Of a stretch of 64,000 nucleotides of DNA, positions 24,390-37,786 are shown one piece after another (the first letter of the stretch is position 1; each line of letters opens with the position of its first letter). The stretch is from Lama glama (taxonomy: Eukaryota). Made by a program: the position numbers and the translations under genes. The notes under the pieces are model-generated. The model was not told the origin of the DNA, made no database searches, and saw only the letters and a list, made by a program, of their open reading frames with translations. The stretch is from the NCBI GenBank assembly GCA_028534125.1, contig CM052817.1:15068001-15132000 (forward strand). Direction: 5' to 3'.

Positions 24390-24568
24390 GCAGGGGTTCT
24401 CAACCCTGACTGCACATTGGAATCTGCCGGGAGTTTATAAAAAACTCAGTGCTCAGGTCACACCCTATAAATCAGAATCTCTGGAAGTTGAACCCAAGAA
24501 TCAGTATTTTAAAAAATCTCCCCAGATGATTTTAATGCATATCTAAGGTTGAGGACCACTACTCTTAA
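24390..24568. mobile_element. MER5A-like DNA transposon
   Basis: CAGGGGTTCTCAACC...AAATCAGAATCTCTGG...CTCCCCAGATGATTTTAATG...AAGGTTGAGGACCACT. Confidence 0.85.
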
Positions 24569-27308
24569 ACTTCTCTTAAGCAAAATAAATGAAGTGTAAA
24601 GTTCTCTAAGGAGAGTACATCTTAAAAATTATTTTAACTTATCCCAATGGTTTTCTCATTTGCTTCATTTTCTTCTAGTGAGACCACCAATATGTAAAAC
24701 AGATGAAAACAGGGCTTCCTTCACTGAAGAAGAAGGTGGTGGTGGTGGGAGCCTGGCTGCCATTCATCACCCCTCAGGCCACTTATCCCTTGCAGATGGC
24801 CCTCGTGCCCACCCACAGGATAATGGGTGACTTATTTCAATTCACCCCATGGAGTGGATTTTTTTAACGCGCCAACAGGCAATCTGATCATGGGAAAAGC
24901 CTTAGTCCAATGGGTGTTTGCAGTGCTGTCTTCTTTTTGTATGTAGATGACTTCAGTTTCCATCCCCTTACCTGTGGCTGTTCAGAGGACAAGAAGCTAA
25001 AAAAGAGCTCCAGGATCAACAGCAGAAACATACAAGTATCAGGAAGGTTATATTTCCTCTCAGCTCATATGGTCTTGCGTGTCTGTCTGTCTGTCCATAT
25101 GTCTTCATCCCCACACCCTCAAGGGTGTAACTAATCAATCATGTGGACTTAACACAGCAGAGTCCTCAAACTCAAACTTCTACAGAGCCCAGGCAGAAAG
25201 CTAAGCTTTCATGTTTAGGATGGCCCTGTGGAGAACAGGAGTGTAGATGTCCTTCCTAAAGGCATTTTTATGAAAGCAAAATTCTAAACCCTGCATTGGC
25301 AAACAAATAGACAGATACATACACAAATTTTCTGGACATAAGGAATTTTAGTGAGGTGCCTGGTGAGGTGAAATTTATCTTATTTTAATTACCTTTAGGT
25401 TGTAGCTCTAGGGGCTGGGAATTGCTCTGTTAGGGGGACCCAGCCAGGGGGCTTACAGCATCATTATATTTTCAGGGAAGAGTTACTTAGTTTTGTAGCT
25501 GTCAGATGAGTGTGGGCATGTTAGTGTGGGACTGAAAATTGTGAGTCCTGACCAGGCTATTCCCTCCTAATGCAGAGTTGATCTGACAAGCGTGGGGCAG
25601 GCAAATTTGCACAGGGGCCAAGGTATCTCCTAGAAGAATAGCTTGCAGCTAGAATCTCTCTGATGGATTGAGATGGTCCCAACTGACAAGTAGAAAAGAA
25701 CCCCAAGGGTAGTAAATTGGATTTGTAAAGATACTCATACCTTGAAACAGGTGAAGCAGGAGACTGGGATGTCAGAGAAAGGATTGTTAATGAAATGAGA
25801 CATACATTCCAAATGGACGCCCTTTCAACAAATCTGCTGCAGGAGCCTTAGGAACCGTGAAGCTGATTTGAGCTCCTGTTATCCCTGAACTTGAAGCTCT
25901 GTTGGATGAAGAAGGGGACAGGGTTGGAGCAGATGGCATGGTTGTGTGTGGGTAGAGTTCACCAGGGCAGAAAAAATAGATACTTGAAAAATTACAACTC
26001 AAGGCAGAATGAAAACCGCCACATTCATGACATGCCACCATGATCAGTGGAAGAGGAAAGCCCATGCGGTTGGACACAGCTCCCCAGCATTAAAAATAGC
26101 CTAACCATTTTTCATGATGGAAGGCTGGCAGGGAGGGTTGCAGAGTTAAGGAGATGGGAAGAGACGTGGAACAGTCCCAGTGCACAGTGCAGACGTGAGT
26201 CAGTCAGGAGTGGCTTCCTGACAGATTGCTAAACTACACCTAATATCTTCCTTCCTGAATTTGGAGTCAACTGAGAAGGGAACGCAGGAGTTAGATAACT
26301 TGTGAGCACAAGATCAGCTTTGTGTCAATCAGGCTGATGGAGGTGCAGCTTGGGTGTCTGAGTTTCTAAGACTTGCTTTCACGGGATTACACTAAACCAG
26401 CGAGTGGAAGGTAAAGGCAGCAGTCGCTGTCCTGCTCTCCTCACCAAGGGCAGGTTTCTTTACATAAATGCATCTTAAAGAAAGATGGTTCTGAAAAAGA
26501 AGACAGAAAGAGCTAAGCCACCCTTGCCGAGTGTCTGTGCCTACTTTTCTGAATTCCCTGTCTGATCTTCTTCTGGAAGACCCATGAGAACAGTGAAGAG
26601 AGACCAGCATTTTTACTCAAATTGAATTTTTCTCATGGGAATATAAGGACAGGAGGATGGAGATTCTCTTCCAACCTTTTTACAAACTTCTTACCCTGAA
26701 ACAAAATAGAATAAGACCTTCATCACTTAATTGTGCTCAAAGAGTCCCTTTCTCTGTCTGCCTCTTTCTCATTTTCACTAAAGTGAACTTTTGTCATTTA
26801 TCTGTGACCCATTATGTCATCTTCTAAAATCTCCAGATTCTACAGTGACTACATTTGAATAGATGGCTAGTTTTCTCTTAAATTCCATGCCCGTAGGTGT
26901 TTCGGTGTCTTTAGAAGCACAAGGCAAGTTACATGCCTTTTCAGCTCACACTAAAGTTTTATCTCTCACTTGAGGATCATTTGTCTCAAAGAAACAAAGG
27001 TTTTATTACTCACTGGAGTAACTATGTACACAACATGAATAGAGAACAGCAGACCTGTGTTGAGAGGCTACCGTTGGGCAGTTAGCTAGACTCACCCACC
27101 AAATAAACAATTAAATCTGAGGATCCACATTGGTGTAAAAAGGGTCTTCAGCTCATTCCTGAATATGTGAAATTTTATTGAAGTCCAAGAATTTCCAGAA
27201 CCCACACCATATTTCCCCATGCATCGTAAATGAGTATTTGTGTCTCTTCCTTCTCAACCATACCTTGAGTCCTGTGTCTTTCATTTTATTTTAAGAATTA
27301 AGTCCCCC

Positions 27309-27581
27309 ATAGAAAACAAGACAGGATTACCAAAGGGGAAAGGGTGGGGAGGAATAAATTAGGGATTGAGGATTAACAGATGCATATTACTGTATACAAA
27401 ATAGATAAACAACAAGGACCTACTGTATAGCACAGGGAGCTATATTCAGTTTCTTATAATGACATATAAGGGAAAAGAATCTGAAAAGAAAAAAATACAC
27501 ATGTATGTATAACTGAATCACTTTGCTGTGCACCTGTAGCTGACACTGTAAGTCAACCATATTTCAATAAAATTAAAAAAA
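27309..27581 (+). mobile_element. 5'-truncated artiodactyl-type L1 with TSD
   Basis: AACAACAAGGACCTACTGTATAGCACAGGG...AACTGAATCACTTTGCTGT, AATAAA plus A tail; TSD AAGAATTAAGT(C/T)CCC at 27293 and 27582; TTTT/AA endonuclease site. Confidence 0.92.
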
Positions 27582-27634
27582 AAGAATTAAGTTCCCAATA
27601 CTGTGTTTAATAATATGCACTGAAAATATTTGTT

Positions 27635-27761
27635 GGGGGGAGGGGCATAGCTCAGTGGTAGAACACGTGCTTATCATGCACAAGGTCCTGGGTTCAATCC
27701 CCAGTACCTTCTCTAAAAATAAACAAATAAATCTAATTACCCCTGCCACCCCTCCCCCCTT
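27635..27761 (+). mobile_element. tRNA-derived camelid-type SINE (Vic-1-like)
   Basis: A box TAGCTCAGTGG, B box GGTTCAATCCC; TSD AAATATTTGT / AAACATTTGT. Confidence 0.92.
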
Positions 27762-28320
27762 AAACATTTGTCAGAGGGTTGAATGGAGTCATTTATCAGA
27801 GCAACATGGTATTTATCTTGTGCTCATCTCATGTAACAATTTTTGGAACAAGTCATTTAAGGAAATGCCCACGTGGCAGAGCCACACCCCAGCTCTAGGC
27901 AGGTGTGTGGTTATTGTCTGCAGTGTATGGAGTGAGCCCTATGAGTTGCTGGACAGTGACAGTCCAATCATCTGTGTCTTCAAGTACAAATGGAGTTTGC
28001 CACGTTGTACTTAGTGTCACCTAACATGACTTAGAGATTGAGTTCCTGTAGTGGTTTTATCACTTGGGAGCCCTAGACCTCTGAAGAGGCCTGAGCTATT
28101 ACTGTACAGAGAATCAGGAAGGGTTGTGATGGAAAAAATATGTCTCATGGTTTTCCTTGTCAGGATCTTAGGGAAACCTAAATACGTTCTGTTGGGATCT
28201 CCACTGAATCCTCTGGCTTCCCAGGTCAGATCTGGCTAGACTTGGGTTGTGAGGCCTGGGACAGAGGATTGTCTCATTGAGTCTGGGGGGTGCCAGAACC
28301 TTAGTCAGGAAAATAAGAGT

Positions 28321-28753
28321 CTGTACTTTTCTAGGGCTGCTGTAAGTGGGTGGCTCACAACAATAGGAATGTATTCGCTCACGTTCTGGAAGCCAGAAGG
28401 CTCAAATCAAGGTGTTGGCTGGTCTGGTTCCTTCTGGAAGTGCTGAGGGAGAATTTGTTCTGTGCCTTTCTCCAAGCTCCTGATGGTTGCTGGAAATTTT
28501 GGCCTTGCTTGGTTTGCAGACACATCACTTCAATCTTTGCCTCCATTCATACACAGAGCTCTCCCTTGAAAGTCTTTGCCCAAATCTCTCTCTTCTTTTA
28601 AGGACATCAGTCGTTGGATTAGGGCCCACCCTGATCTATTATGACCTCATTTTTTCTTGACTATATTTGCAAAACCCCTGTTTCCAAATAAGGTCACATT
28701 CTGAGGTTCAGGGTGGATATGAATACTTGGAGGACAATATTCAGCTCAGTACA
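28321..28753 (-). mobile_element. MaLR solo LTR (MLT1C-like)
   Basis: CTAGGGCTGCTGTAA...TTCTGGAAGCCAGAAG...AAGGACATCAGTCGTTGGATTAGGGCCCACCCT...TTTCCAAATAAGGTCACATTCTGAGG. Confidence 0.9.
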
Positions 28754-29884
28754 GGGCCCAACAAGCTAAAAAGGAATTCTACCAAAACAATGGGGTCCAG
28801 GGTCAGGGTTATCACAGCCTCTGTGATAAAGAAGCAGGCAGCCAAGGAGAGGAGAGAAAGTGAGGGTACTTCCTCCCGGAGAAGTAGGGAGGGGTAGGGA
28901 GCAGAGCCTGTGATTCTCGAGTGAACACTGTTCTTTTCTGCTAGCTTTGGTGAACCTATCAGACCCCCTTGCAGCCTTCATGCCACCCCCAGACTGCAAT
29001 GCTTTGACACAGATATAAAATTAAGCATGATTTTATATCCCAGAAAAGTTCACTTATATAAAATTATGAGTGATCAGTGTAGACCTTACAGAAGATTTCA
29101 CAGTGGAGAGCTGTACACTGTGTACCCAACAGCAAACAAGTTACAATTCACAGCTTACATTTTTTTTTCTCCTGAAACATTGCTACTGACAGTTTCTCCC
29201 TCTCGCCTTCCTCTCTCCTCAGTCCAGAGTCTATTTGGAATTTTTCTCCTTCCGTTATTCACAAAAATCAAGTTGTCCCTCTGGCTCCTACTCCAAAAGC
29301 ACACACTTATTCATCTGAATGCTTTCTAGAACAAAAACTCTGTTTGTTATCACTACCTAACCTTTTCGGAAGGCGATCAGGATCAGCACAAGCAAGTATT
29401 GTTTTGCTGTTGTTGTTGTTGGTTTGCCCTTAAACTAGACTGTAAGCTACTTTGATGGTGAGAACAATTACTTTCATCTTCAGGTCCTCTGCAGCACCTA
29501 GCATGGTATTTCCCACATATGAGGTACTTAATAGCTGCTGTCTAATAAGGACACTATTGATGCACAAATCTGTGCTTTTATCTTTCCATTAGAGGTTTGC
29601 TGTGGTGCTCTATAGCCATCGCCTTACTTGTCTTTTTAAAGTACCACCTTTCTAAAGAAGCTGTTGAGAAGCAGAGAAACAATTTTTAAAAAATCACTTA
29701 TTCCCCCTCATGAGCAAGTGTCTAAATATACTTGCATTTGTTCTAAGAGGGATCATCCAGTCCAAAAATATTTATTAAATGACAACTTTGTGAATATTAG
29801 AAGATTAAAGAAATATGAGATATGATTTCCTTCTTGTACAAGCTTACATTCTAATTGAGATTATTTTTGTGCATGGAGGAGGAA

Positions 29885-30110
29885 TTTAAAACCTTGTGGT
29901 TTGCTGTGATAGACCTGGCATTCAAATTCTCACCCTACCACTAAAAGGTTACTTAACTTTGAGCACATTTTAACGTGTCTGAGACTCAGTTTCCTCATCT
30001 ATAGACTGGGGATGAAAATAGTACACAATAGAACTATCGGGAGAGTAAAGTAAGATAACGGTTCCTCTGCACCATCATAGCTTGCACTCAATGCCCGCTG
30101 GCTATCATTG
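29885..30110 (+). mobile_element. MIR SINE
   Basis: AGACCTGGCATTCAAATT...TCTGAGACTCAGTTTCCTCATCTATA. Confidence 0.8.
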
Positions 30111-31302
30111 TGATCACTATTTGAAATTAACGATGAAAGTAAGTGCTCTGAGATTTCCAGAGGGAGAGCCTTTTGATTGGGAAGGCTCAAAAAAAGCCAC
30201 ACAGAAGATGGAGTTTTTGAGGTGGTCTTGTAAGAATGGTTAGGATTCCCAAAGGCAGAAGTAAGACATTCTTGAAGAATAATGATAACAGTGCAGAGGT
30301 TGCAGAGAAGGCTTGAAGTAGGGGCTCAGGCCAAACTGTGAGAAGAAAACAGTACTGGAGAAAACACAGCCATTCTCAGACGATGAGAGTAAAGTTGGGT
30401 GGTCACACCGTGGCATCTTGTTTCCACTCTCCCCATCTCCCAGGCCAAGCTGCAGTCATTAGTGATGTGTTTTATACCCTATAGGTGTCATCACCTGGTA
30501 GATACAAACTGGGAGGAAGCATGTGGCTCCAAACTAGTTGTTCACCTCCAGTTAAATAGTCCTGGTGCTTGATGTGTTTCCTGTGAGTTGTTGCAAGCAC
30601 ACATTTGACTCCCTTCTAAAAGTTCAGATTAAAAGGAAGCAAACTTCCAAAATTAGCCTCGTAATTAAAATTTGACTTTGATCAGTAGCTGCTGAGAGGG
30701 TCATTAAGAGCCATGAATGTGCTGACACAGGGGGTTGTTGGGCGGACGAGGTGAGGAGGGAAGCAGGGAGATTGGAAACAAATAAAAAATTGTTAAGAAG
30801 CATTATCGAATTGCAAATATCAATTATTATGGGTCTATGGATGAGCGATTATTACATTAAAAACATTCTTGGCAGGCAGCCCGTATGGGCGTAGATAGCT
30901 GCGACTCCATCAGAGCTCGGCTTTAATTTGATTTTTGCAAACATGTTTTTGGTTTCTTTTCCTTTGATTGGTTTTAGAGAACACTGGACAGCAGCTGTGT
31001 AGAAACTGCATCTAACTCTCTGTAAAACTTGTCGAAAGATGATTTTTGCCTCCTGCAAAGCTTGGAGAATGTCATCTCTGAAGGAGGAGAGGAGGAAAAA
31101 CCATGAAAGGTGGAGGGATTCTCATGCTGAGTGTGGAAGAGACAAGGCTGCCTTTTCCAGAACCAAGGAGCAGTAATCAAGGAGGGACAGACAAAGGAGC
31201 TCACGGTTTGTTTTGCTTTCTTGATAAAGAATAATGACTCACTGGCATGAATGATGAAGGTTGATGGGGCAAAATAATGCAAGAAAGACAGTGGCTTTAG
31301 CC

Positions 31303-31440
31303 CTCTGTGAGCCAGCTGTGTATGGTGGCTGCCAAAAAGACTAATATGATCCTAGGCTGCAATTATAGAGAATAGAAAAAGTGATCATTCCCCTTTCTCT
31401 GCACACCTGGAGTGACACATTCACATTGAAGTGCATGGCA
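31303..31440 (+). mobile_element. L3/CR1 LINE fragment
   Basis: GTGGCTGCCAAAAAGACTAATATGATCCTAGGCTGCA...GTGATCATTCCCC...CACCTGGAGT matches the CR1 RT 3' region. Confidence 0.75.
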
Positions 31441-32639
31441 TGACCCCTTGTCTGCCTGGTGTATTCCTATTTATCTTTCCAAGCCAGCTCAAGGTCACCT
31501 CTTCTATGACACTTTTCCCCACCCCACGCTCACCAGATTTAATCTCTGCCATCTAGTGCAGGCTCAGTTGTACTACTACATTCATCCCTTTTCACTGCCA
31601 TATTGCTTATGTGTCCATCTGCCCTGCAGGGCCAGATCCATGTCCACTCTATTTTGTTTTCAGAGGTCCTGGCACTTGGTAGGGACCCAGTCCAGATTTA
31701 TGGAATTGAGAGGAACAGGCCAGCCAGAGTGTGTTTAGAGAAGATCAAGTAGGAAGGTGAAAGAACTTGAGATCATGCTGAAACCTAGCTGGAACCAGGT
31801 CACACTAAGTTAGCAAGTTATCTAGTACTGAGCTTCTTCCACATAGGGGAGGGAGGCTCACCCCTTCACAGGATGTACCATAGAAAAGGTCTGCAGATGG
31901 ACTGGGAACAGAGACCCCAAGGGAAGCCGGAAGATACTCTTTGCCTTGTTCTAAGAGTAAGAATGAGAATGCTATATGTAAAGTGAAAAAGCCAATTGTG
32001 TCATGTAAAAAAAGAAGTTATTTTCAAAGGAATTCGGGTCTTAAAACATACAACTGAATTTCTGCCAGAATTGGAAACATTTTCTATGGGTCTTAGAAAG
32101 TAATGCCAATGACTGAAATCCCAAAGATGATGGTGACCGAAACACCACATCATATACAATGGAAATCAAAGTGTAAGCCAAATCAAAGAGGCTTGAGATA
32201 CCCTAGTCACCAAAGGTGAAGAAAGGGATGTGTAGAAGGGGACATTTTGTTCCTGGAGAATTCTAGCTTTCACTCATCGTACGTTAACTCATTGTTATTG
32301 TATTTATAGTTTTTCAGTGCTTCCTGCACAACTGCGACCAACCATTACAAAAGTGCTAGAATAAAAACTGGGCCAGCATTTGCTGCCAGTATTTCGGATA
32401 TTCTCAGGAATAACTGACAGTGGGGGAGGAAATGGAGGATGAGGGAGGAAAAGGAAACTTATGACACATAGCAGAAGTTGGGAAAGGTGAGCTGGCCTCT
32501 TAAAAAGTCATATAAAGAAATAAAAATGATTGAGGAACATGCTAAACGGTCACACGTACGAGGGACTGTGATATTAAAGAGGGAGTATGCCCATCTAACC
32601 TTCTCCAGATGGATAAATACAAGACCAGCAGGCAGCAAA

Positions 32640-33050
32640 TAATGTTTTTTGGTTGAAAATATTATAAATTGACTTCACCTAGTTTGAGGCAAAAATCAAA
32701 TTTATGAGAAAATATTGAGTGCCCACAGATCTGAAATTTAAGTTGAAGAATCTGTTCTTTCAGGAAACCAGGGTCTTCAAGGTACTGCCATTAGGATGAA
32801 TTAGTCCCAGCTCTTTTCCTCTCTTATCCCCTTACACTCAGAATTTAGATCCCTGAGAGATAAATTTGGATTGTCATAGCTTGGATCACGTGAGCAGTCC
32901 TTGGCTAACAGAGAAGACGACGCCTCGACTGATGGTACCATTAAGACAGCATTAAACGAGCAAGAACAATTCCTCAAAGGGAAACCAAGGTGCTTCCTTC
33001 ATAAGAAGAGGGAATGCAAGATGCAGAGCTGAAATTTACTTATCTGCTGC
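32640..33050 (-). mobile_element. Old MaLR LTR (MLT1K-O-like)
   Basis: TTTTTGGTTG...TTTGGATTG...AGCTTGGATCACGTG...AATTCCTCAAAGGGAAACCAAGGTGCT. Confidence 0.6.
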
Positions 33051-34552
33051 AAATGCATGGACGATTCCAGAAATTCCCTTTGACTCAAGGCATTTGGATG
33101 GGGGTTGAATGACTATTTGTCAAGCACACTGTAGGAAAAATAATTGAGTAAGTAATTAGATTGCATAACCTCCTCTCTAACCCTGAAATTTGACGTCTCT
33201 GGGATTTGGGGAAAAGGATCAAATCATGAGACTCCCTTTAGGAAGAAGAATGAAACCTTTTTTTTTTTTACTATTTCTATTTGCAAATATCCAGGATCAA
33301 CCTGTATATACACAAACAAAAATACATCGATAAGCAACCCACAGTGCAAACAGCTTGTAATGAAAGAACCAGACTAATGCAACATTTTCCCACTTACAAC
33401 TCTCCCCTACTGCTAGTGTTCTTTAAGCCTTCTGCTATCAGGCGGTTTAGTTGTACACAATAAATACATACACATGTGTGAAGAGATTTAAGTATATTTT
33501 TATAAATGTAAATTAAGGATCTTTATCCAGCTGCTCTGGGTTTTCAGTCTGGTTTATAGTGGCTAAAAATTGCAGCTGAAAATAATTCCCCAGATAAGGT
33601 CATTTCTTCTCATTTGAGAAGTACTGGGAAGGCTATAATAGGATTCTTTTAAGTTTTGAGATATTTGGGTTCTGCTACTTGACAGGTATTAATGATGGTT
33701 TCTATTCTGATTATATTACAGAATTATAGATATCTCAGGGTGGAGGGCATGTTGAGATGTCCTCCAGAACATGTCCCTGGGACACCAAAAAAAATTACTT
33801 TAGACAGAATGGAAAGACACATACAATTGGAGAGATGCGTTCTACTCAGGGAAACATAGGGAGCATAATACGGTCTGAAAAAGGTTTTTCTCCTATTTCT
33901 AGTCATAAGGAGTAGTCTTTAGACATGCAGCCCATGTCTCTGAAATATAAGATCTTCAGGGACCATTTACTGATGAAGGTATTGAAATGGTTCTCAACTT
34001 ATCTGCAGAACTTACCTGAAGAATATTTCAAACTACCTTTAGTAACAGCAATTTACTAAGGCAATGTTTCTCAGTGGTGGAGAAGGGGAACACCTAGGGA
34101 CATCAAAATCTCGGGGGTTCAGAGGAGTGTGTTATTGTCCCCATATGATCTTGATGTAACTCCCTCACTGTACCTCATTACCTCCAAGTTGAGAGTAAGT
34201 GGTTGATGGAGCAAATGATAGATGTTTGAAACTGAGATAGTTCTTTTAACTACAGAGTTTGCTGACCCTAAGTGTCTGATTTACCAGGGAGTAAAAATGG
34301 AATAAAACATCCTCACGTTCTTCTGCAAATCTTCAAAGAGTTGGAAGAAACAGATGAGCTAACTTTTATCATGTCCATAGCACATGACCAGAACATGTCT
34401 CTTTACTCCATCATCAACACCGTTGCCTCAGTTACCTCAGAATGCATCTCATTTTCACATTTAAATCTGTGTCTCACTATGATAACCAGATATTTAAGTT
34501 CAACCTTGATCTCCATGGCTAAGAAATTGCACATCTAGACTATACATCCTTA

Positions 34553-35135
34553 TGTAGGGGAGGACAAACATTCTTTTCTCTTTATCTCATCTTGGGTTCA
34601 TTGGCTGGGTCCCTGTAAATTAGATTGACAGAAGGCAGATGAACAGGAGAAAAACAAACAGAAGTTTATAAACATGAATATTGCATATATATATGGGAGC
34701 ACTCAGTGATGACTAACTCAAAGGGGGTGGTTAGAACTCGAGCTTATGTAGAATCTTAGCAAAGAATGACAATTTTGTAGGGAAGTGAGAAGACAAAGAA
34801 GAGGGACTTTGAGCTTCTTAGAGAGGCACATTGTGTGAAGGCAAAGATATAAGGAAACTAAGGGTAGACAAGGGCTAGTTCTAGGAAGATTTGTTATATA
34901 GATTCCTCTGAGAGTGTCTGGGCTGATGCGAGCCTGGAGTTGTCTCCAGGGATTAACTTCTGTCCCTCCTGATAGGGCAGAAGGGATCCCTTTACAAATT
35001 ATGTCCCACTTTGGGGCATATAGAGGGAGACCAGAGAGCTTGTCTTGTATCTGCTCTTTCTCAATTGCCTTCAGCTCGGAATATTCCTTAGGTCCAAGTG
35101 CCATATTTTGGGGTGACATATTCTGCTGCACTTTT
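34553..35135 (-). mobile_element. ERV1 solo LTR (MER34-like)
   Basis: Antisense start CAGAATATGTCACCCCAAAATATGGCACTTGG...GAGCTGAAGGCAATTGAGAA and end CCCCTACA; possible 4-bp TSD CTTA. Confidence 0.85.
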
Positions 35136-35289
35136 CTTACACAGTCTAGTCTATCTATGGCCATAGTGTTCCATTGTTCTGGTGTTTCTTGGGAGTTGAA
35201 GCCTTTCCTTTTCTTACACAGTCTAGTCTATCTATGGCCATAGTGTTCCATTGTTCTGGTGTTTCTTGGGAGTTGAAGCCTTTCCTTTT
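35131..35289. repeat. Perfect 77-bp tandem duplication
   Basis: 35131-35207 is identical to 35208-35284, followed by a further CTTTT. Confidence 0.97.
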
Positions 35290-36849
35290 TGTAGCCATGA
35301 TGAGTAGCTATAACTGAATGCCACTTGAAGAGACAGACTGGCTGCCACCACTATTTTCATGCTTCATGACTGTCTGTTTCTAAAAGGAACATGTTTTCCC
35401 AAAGCGCAGTATAAGTTTAGGAATATCAAAGGCAGTCAGATACTCAGCATAATTATTGGTTAGGTTTGCCGACCAGATATTAAAATCATCTTCTTTTCAT
35501 AGGAGGAGTGTTTGGTTGATTAAAACATTTGAGGCGGCATCTGACACACACATTCTGGAGAGCACGTCAAAGAGCTCTGATAGTGGAAAACAGCCCTCTA
35601 AAGTCAAGAAGTCAGACTTCATCCAAATAGCACCTGAGAGGGAAAGATGGTTCAGATTTGAGGCCCATGGATATGGATGTCTAATCTTTTGTGACTTTTT
35701 TTTTTTCAGTTCATGGCTCTGAGACAATAGCTGGATTTAGGACAGGATTTCTTTGCCCCCTCTACCACCTGGACACAGATGAATGATGCTGTTCTCAACT
35801 CATGGCATTGGCAAGATTATTAGGACGTCTCAGTATGCGGACTGTAACTTCACCCCTCTCTCTCTCACTCACAGAAGCACATCCATGTGCAAATGGGTAA
35901 AAGTGGCATTTTCCTCAGGACCTGGTTCTGCAAAGAGTGGTTTTAGGTAGTTCATAGATAGGAATCAAATAACATCGAGGTACACAGTCACTTAATCATA
36001 TTTAAATTCTCTTTCAAATCTTAGATTACATCAAGGGGAGTGACTCAACTTGTTGCCAGTGTTTCTTTAAACATCTAACAGTTTTTACTATCTCCTTTTT
36101 GAACATCTCAAAACCCAGCTCTGACTCAGAGTTCTCAGCTAGCAACAGTATCTAGTAAGTAACAATCTTTGTAAAACCTACCAACAGTGGTGATTTTATT
36201 TATTTTTAATTTTATTTTCTCTTTTGGCAAGTGATGCTGGTTTTTCCTTTATAATAGTGACATTACTTTCCTTCATGAATACATGTATTCAAGTCAAAAA
36301 TTGAGTTCCATTTAAAGAAAAAAGATTTAAGTAAGTAATGGTCAAGATATGTCATAATAGTGTAGATATGCTGCAATAATAATATAGTTAGAGAGAAAAT
36401 CCTGGTAGTACTAATTGAATGATGGAAGTTTAGGAAATATTGCTGTAGAAATAATTTTTGAGCTGGCTCTAAATTTTCAAAAATAAATTATTTTCAACTT
36501 TTAATACTTTGATAGTTATTACCAACAGATTCCTTATAGTATATTTCACAAATGGTTAAGATGTTCCCGTGTATTTTTTCATTCTGGTTTGGAACTGCTG
36601 ACCTATGTAAACTTATTACATAGAAGACGCATAGGATGTCAAGCTATCTTTGTTTTAATCTTTTGGAACACATTTCTCATTTGTAATTTGTGCTTGTGCT
36701 CTTTAAAAAAAAAACAGTAACAGCAAATGATTCTAAGAGGCTCTTGTTGGGGAGATGGCTAGTTTTTTATTCAGTGCTTCCTTTCTCGTTCCCATTGTAA
36801 CTGAGTTGTCTCTAGATACGTGAATGACTGATTCATTATATTTTCTCAT

Positions 36850-37175
36850 GTGGCAAAGTTCTTGCACTTGGAAGGCGAGCATGCCTGCTCCCCTCCTCCT
36901 GGTTCTCCACCTGCTTCCTGATGGCTGGGAACTGGCTATGGGAGAAACCCAACTTTGATCAGACAGGTGACAACACATGCCTAAGGAAAGACGGAGCAGC
37001 AGGAGGTAGGAGCCTGGATGTCTGAGTGACCAAGTGGAGCAGAGCCGGTCACCCTACCCAGACTGCTCACGCTGGAACTACTATGACGGAGGAATAAAGT
37101 CCTTTTGCCTTTAAGCCCCCATGTTGCTTCCAGTCCCCTTGTTGTAGCAGTTTAGCTTTTAATCTAATGTAGCAC
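36850..37175 (+). mobile_element. MaLR LTR (MLT1F-I-like)
   Basis: GGAGCCTGGATGTCTGAGTGAC...GGAATAAAGTCC...TTTAAGCCCC...TTGTTGTAGCAG. Confidence 0.65.
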
Positions 37176-37786
37176 TCCTCCACCACCCAAACTCTCTATT
37201 AATATTAGATGTAATTAGTCAGCATAATGAGAAAAGGTGGGAAAGAAGGTGTGCCACCTTGTGCCCTTGTCAGTAAATTATGTTTGACTCCTTCCATGCA
37301 TCTCCTTCCTTGTAAGACTCAGCATGAATCTGGGAGAAGAGTGTTGTGGTGCAACTGCTGAAATACACATTACCACAAGCTAATAAATACTCAGATGGTT
37401 CCTTTACTTGTCTAAGTCAGAGACTGACTCTAAGCAGATTAAGGGGAAAAAAGTTATTTGAAGGATTTCAAAAATCTCATAGAACCATGGGGAGACCCAG
37501 AAAACCCAGGTTTTTCATAAATTAGGTGGATTAGAGCTTGGGTGTGGGGTGTGGGGTAGGTTTGGAGAGCAAAACACTGTTAGGGATTTCTTCCAAGCGG
37601 TTTTTTTTTTTTAAATTGTGCCCACTCAGGATTCAGGTTCTAGGGAGAGAGAATCTATTTGACCCTTCTCAGTTCTTATGATTATTCTTCAAGACAGAGT
37701 AGGACACCTTCACTCTCAGGTCCACCATGCCATGGAGGATGGGTCATTCTTCAAAGGAAACTTGAAGCTCCCTTACTCTGCATTGA

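Noticed and set aside
27645..27710. tRNA-like sequence with A and B boxes
   Set aside because: It is a SINE head with a SINE-specific tail and TSD; two more copies occur in the window.
34718..35243. Overlapping ORFs of 148 and 109 aa
   Set aside because: They lie almost entirely in the MER34-like LTR and resemble no protein I recognise.
35131..35289. Direct repeat as a possible CRISPR-like array
   Set aside because: Two abutting units, no spacers, mammalian context.
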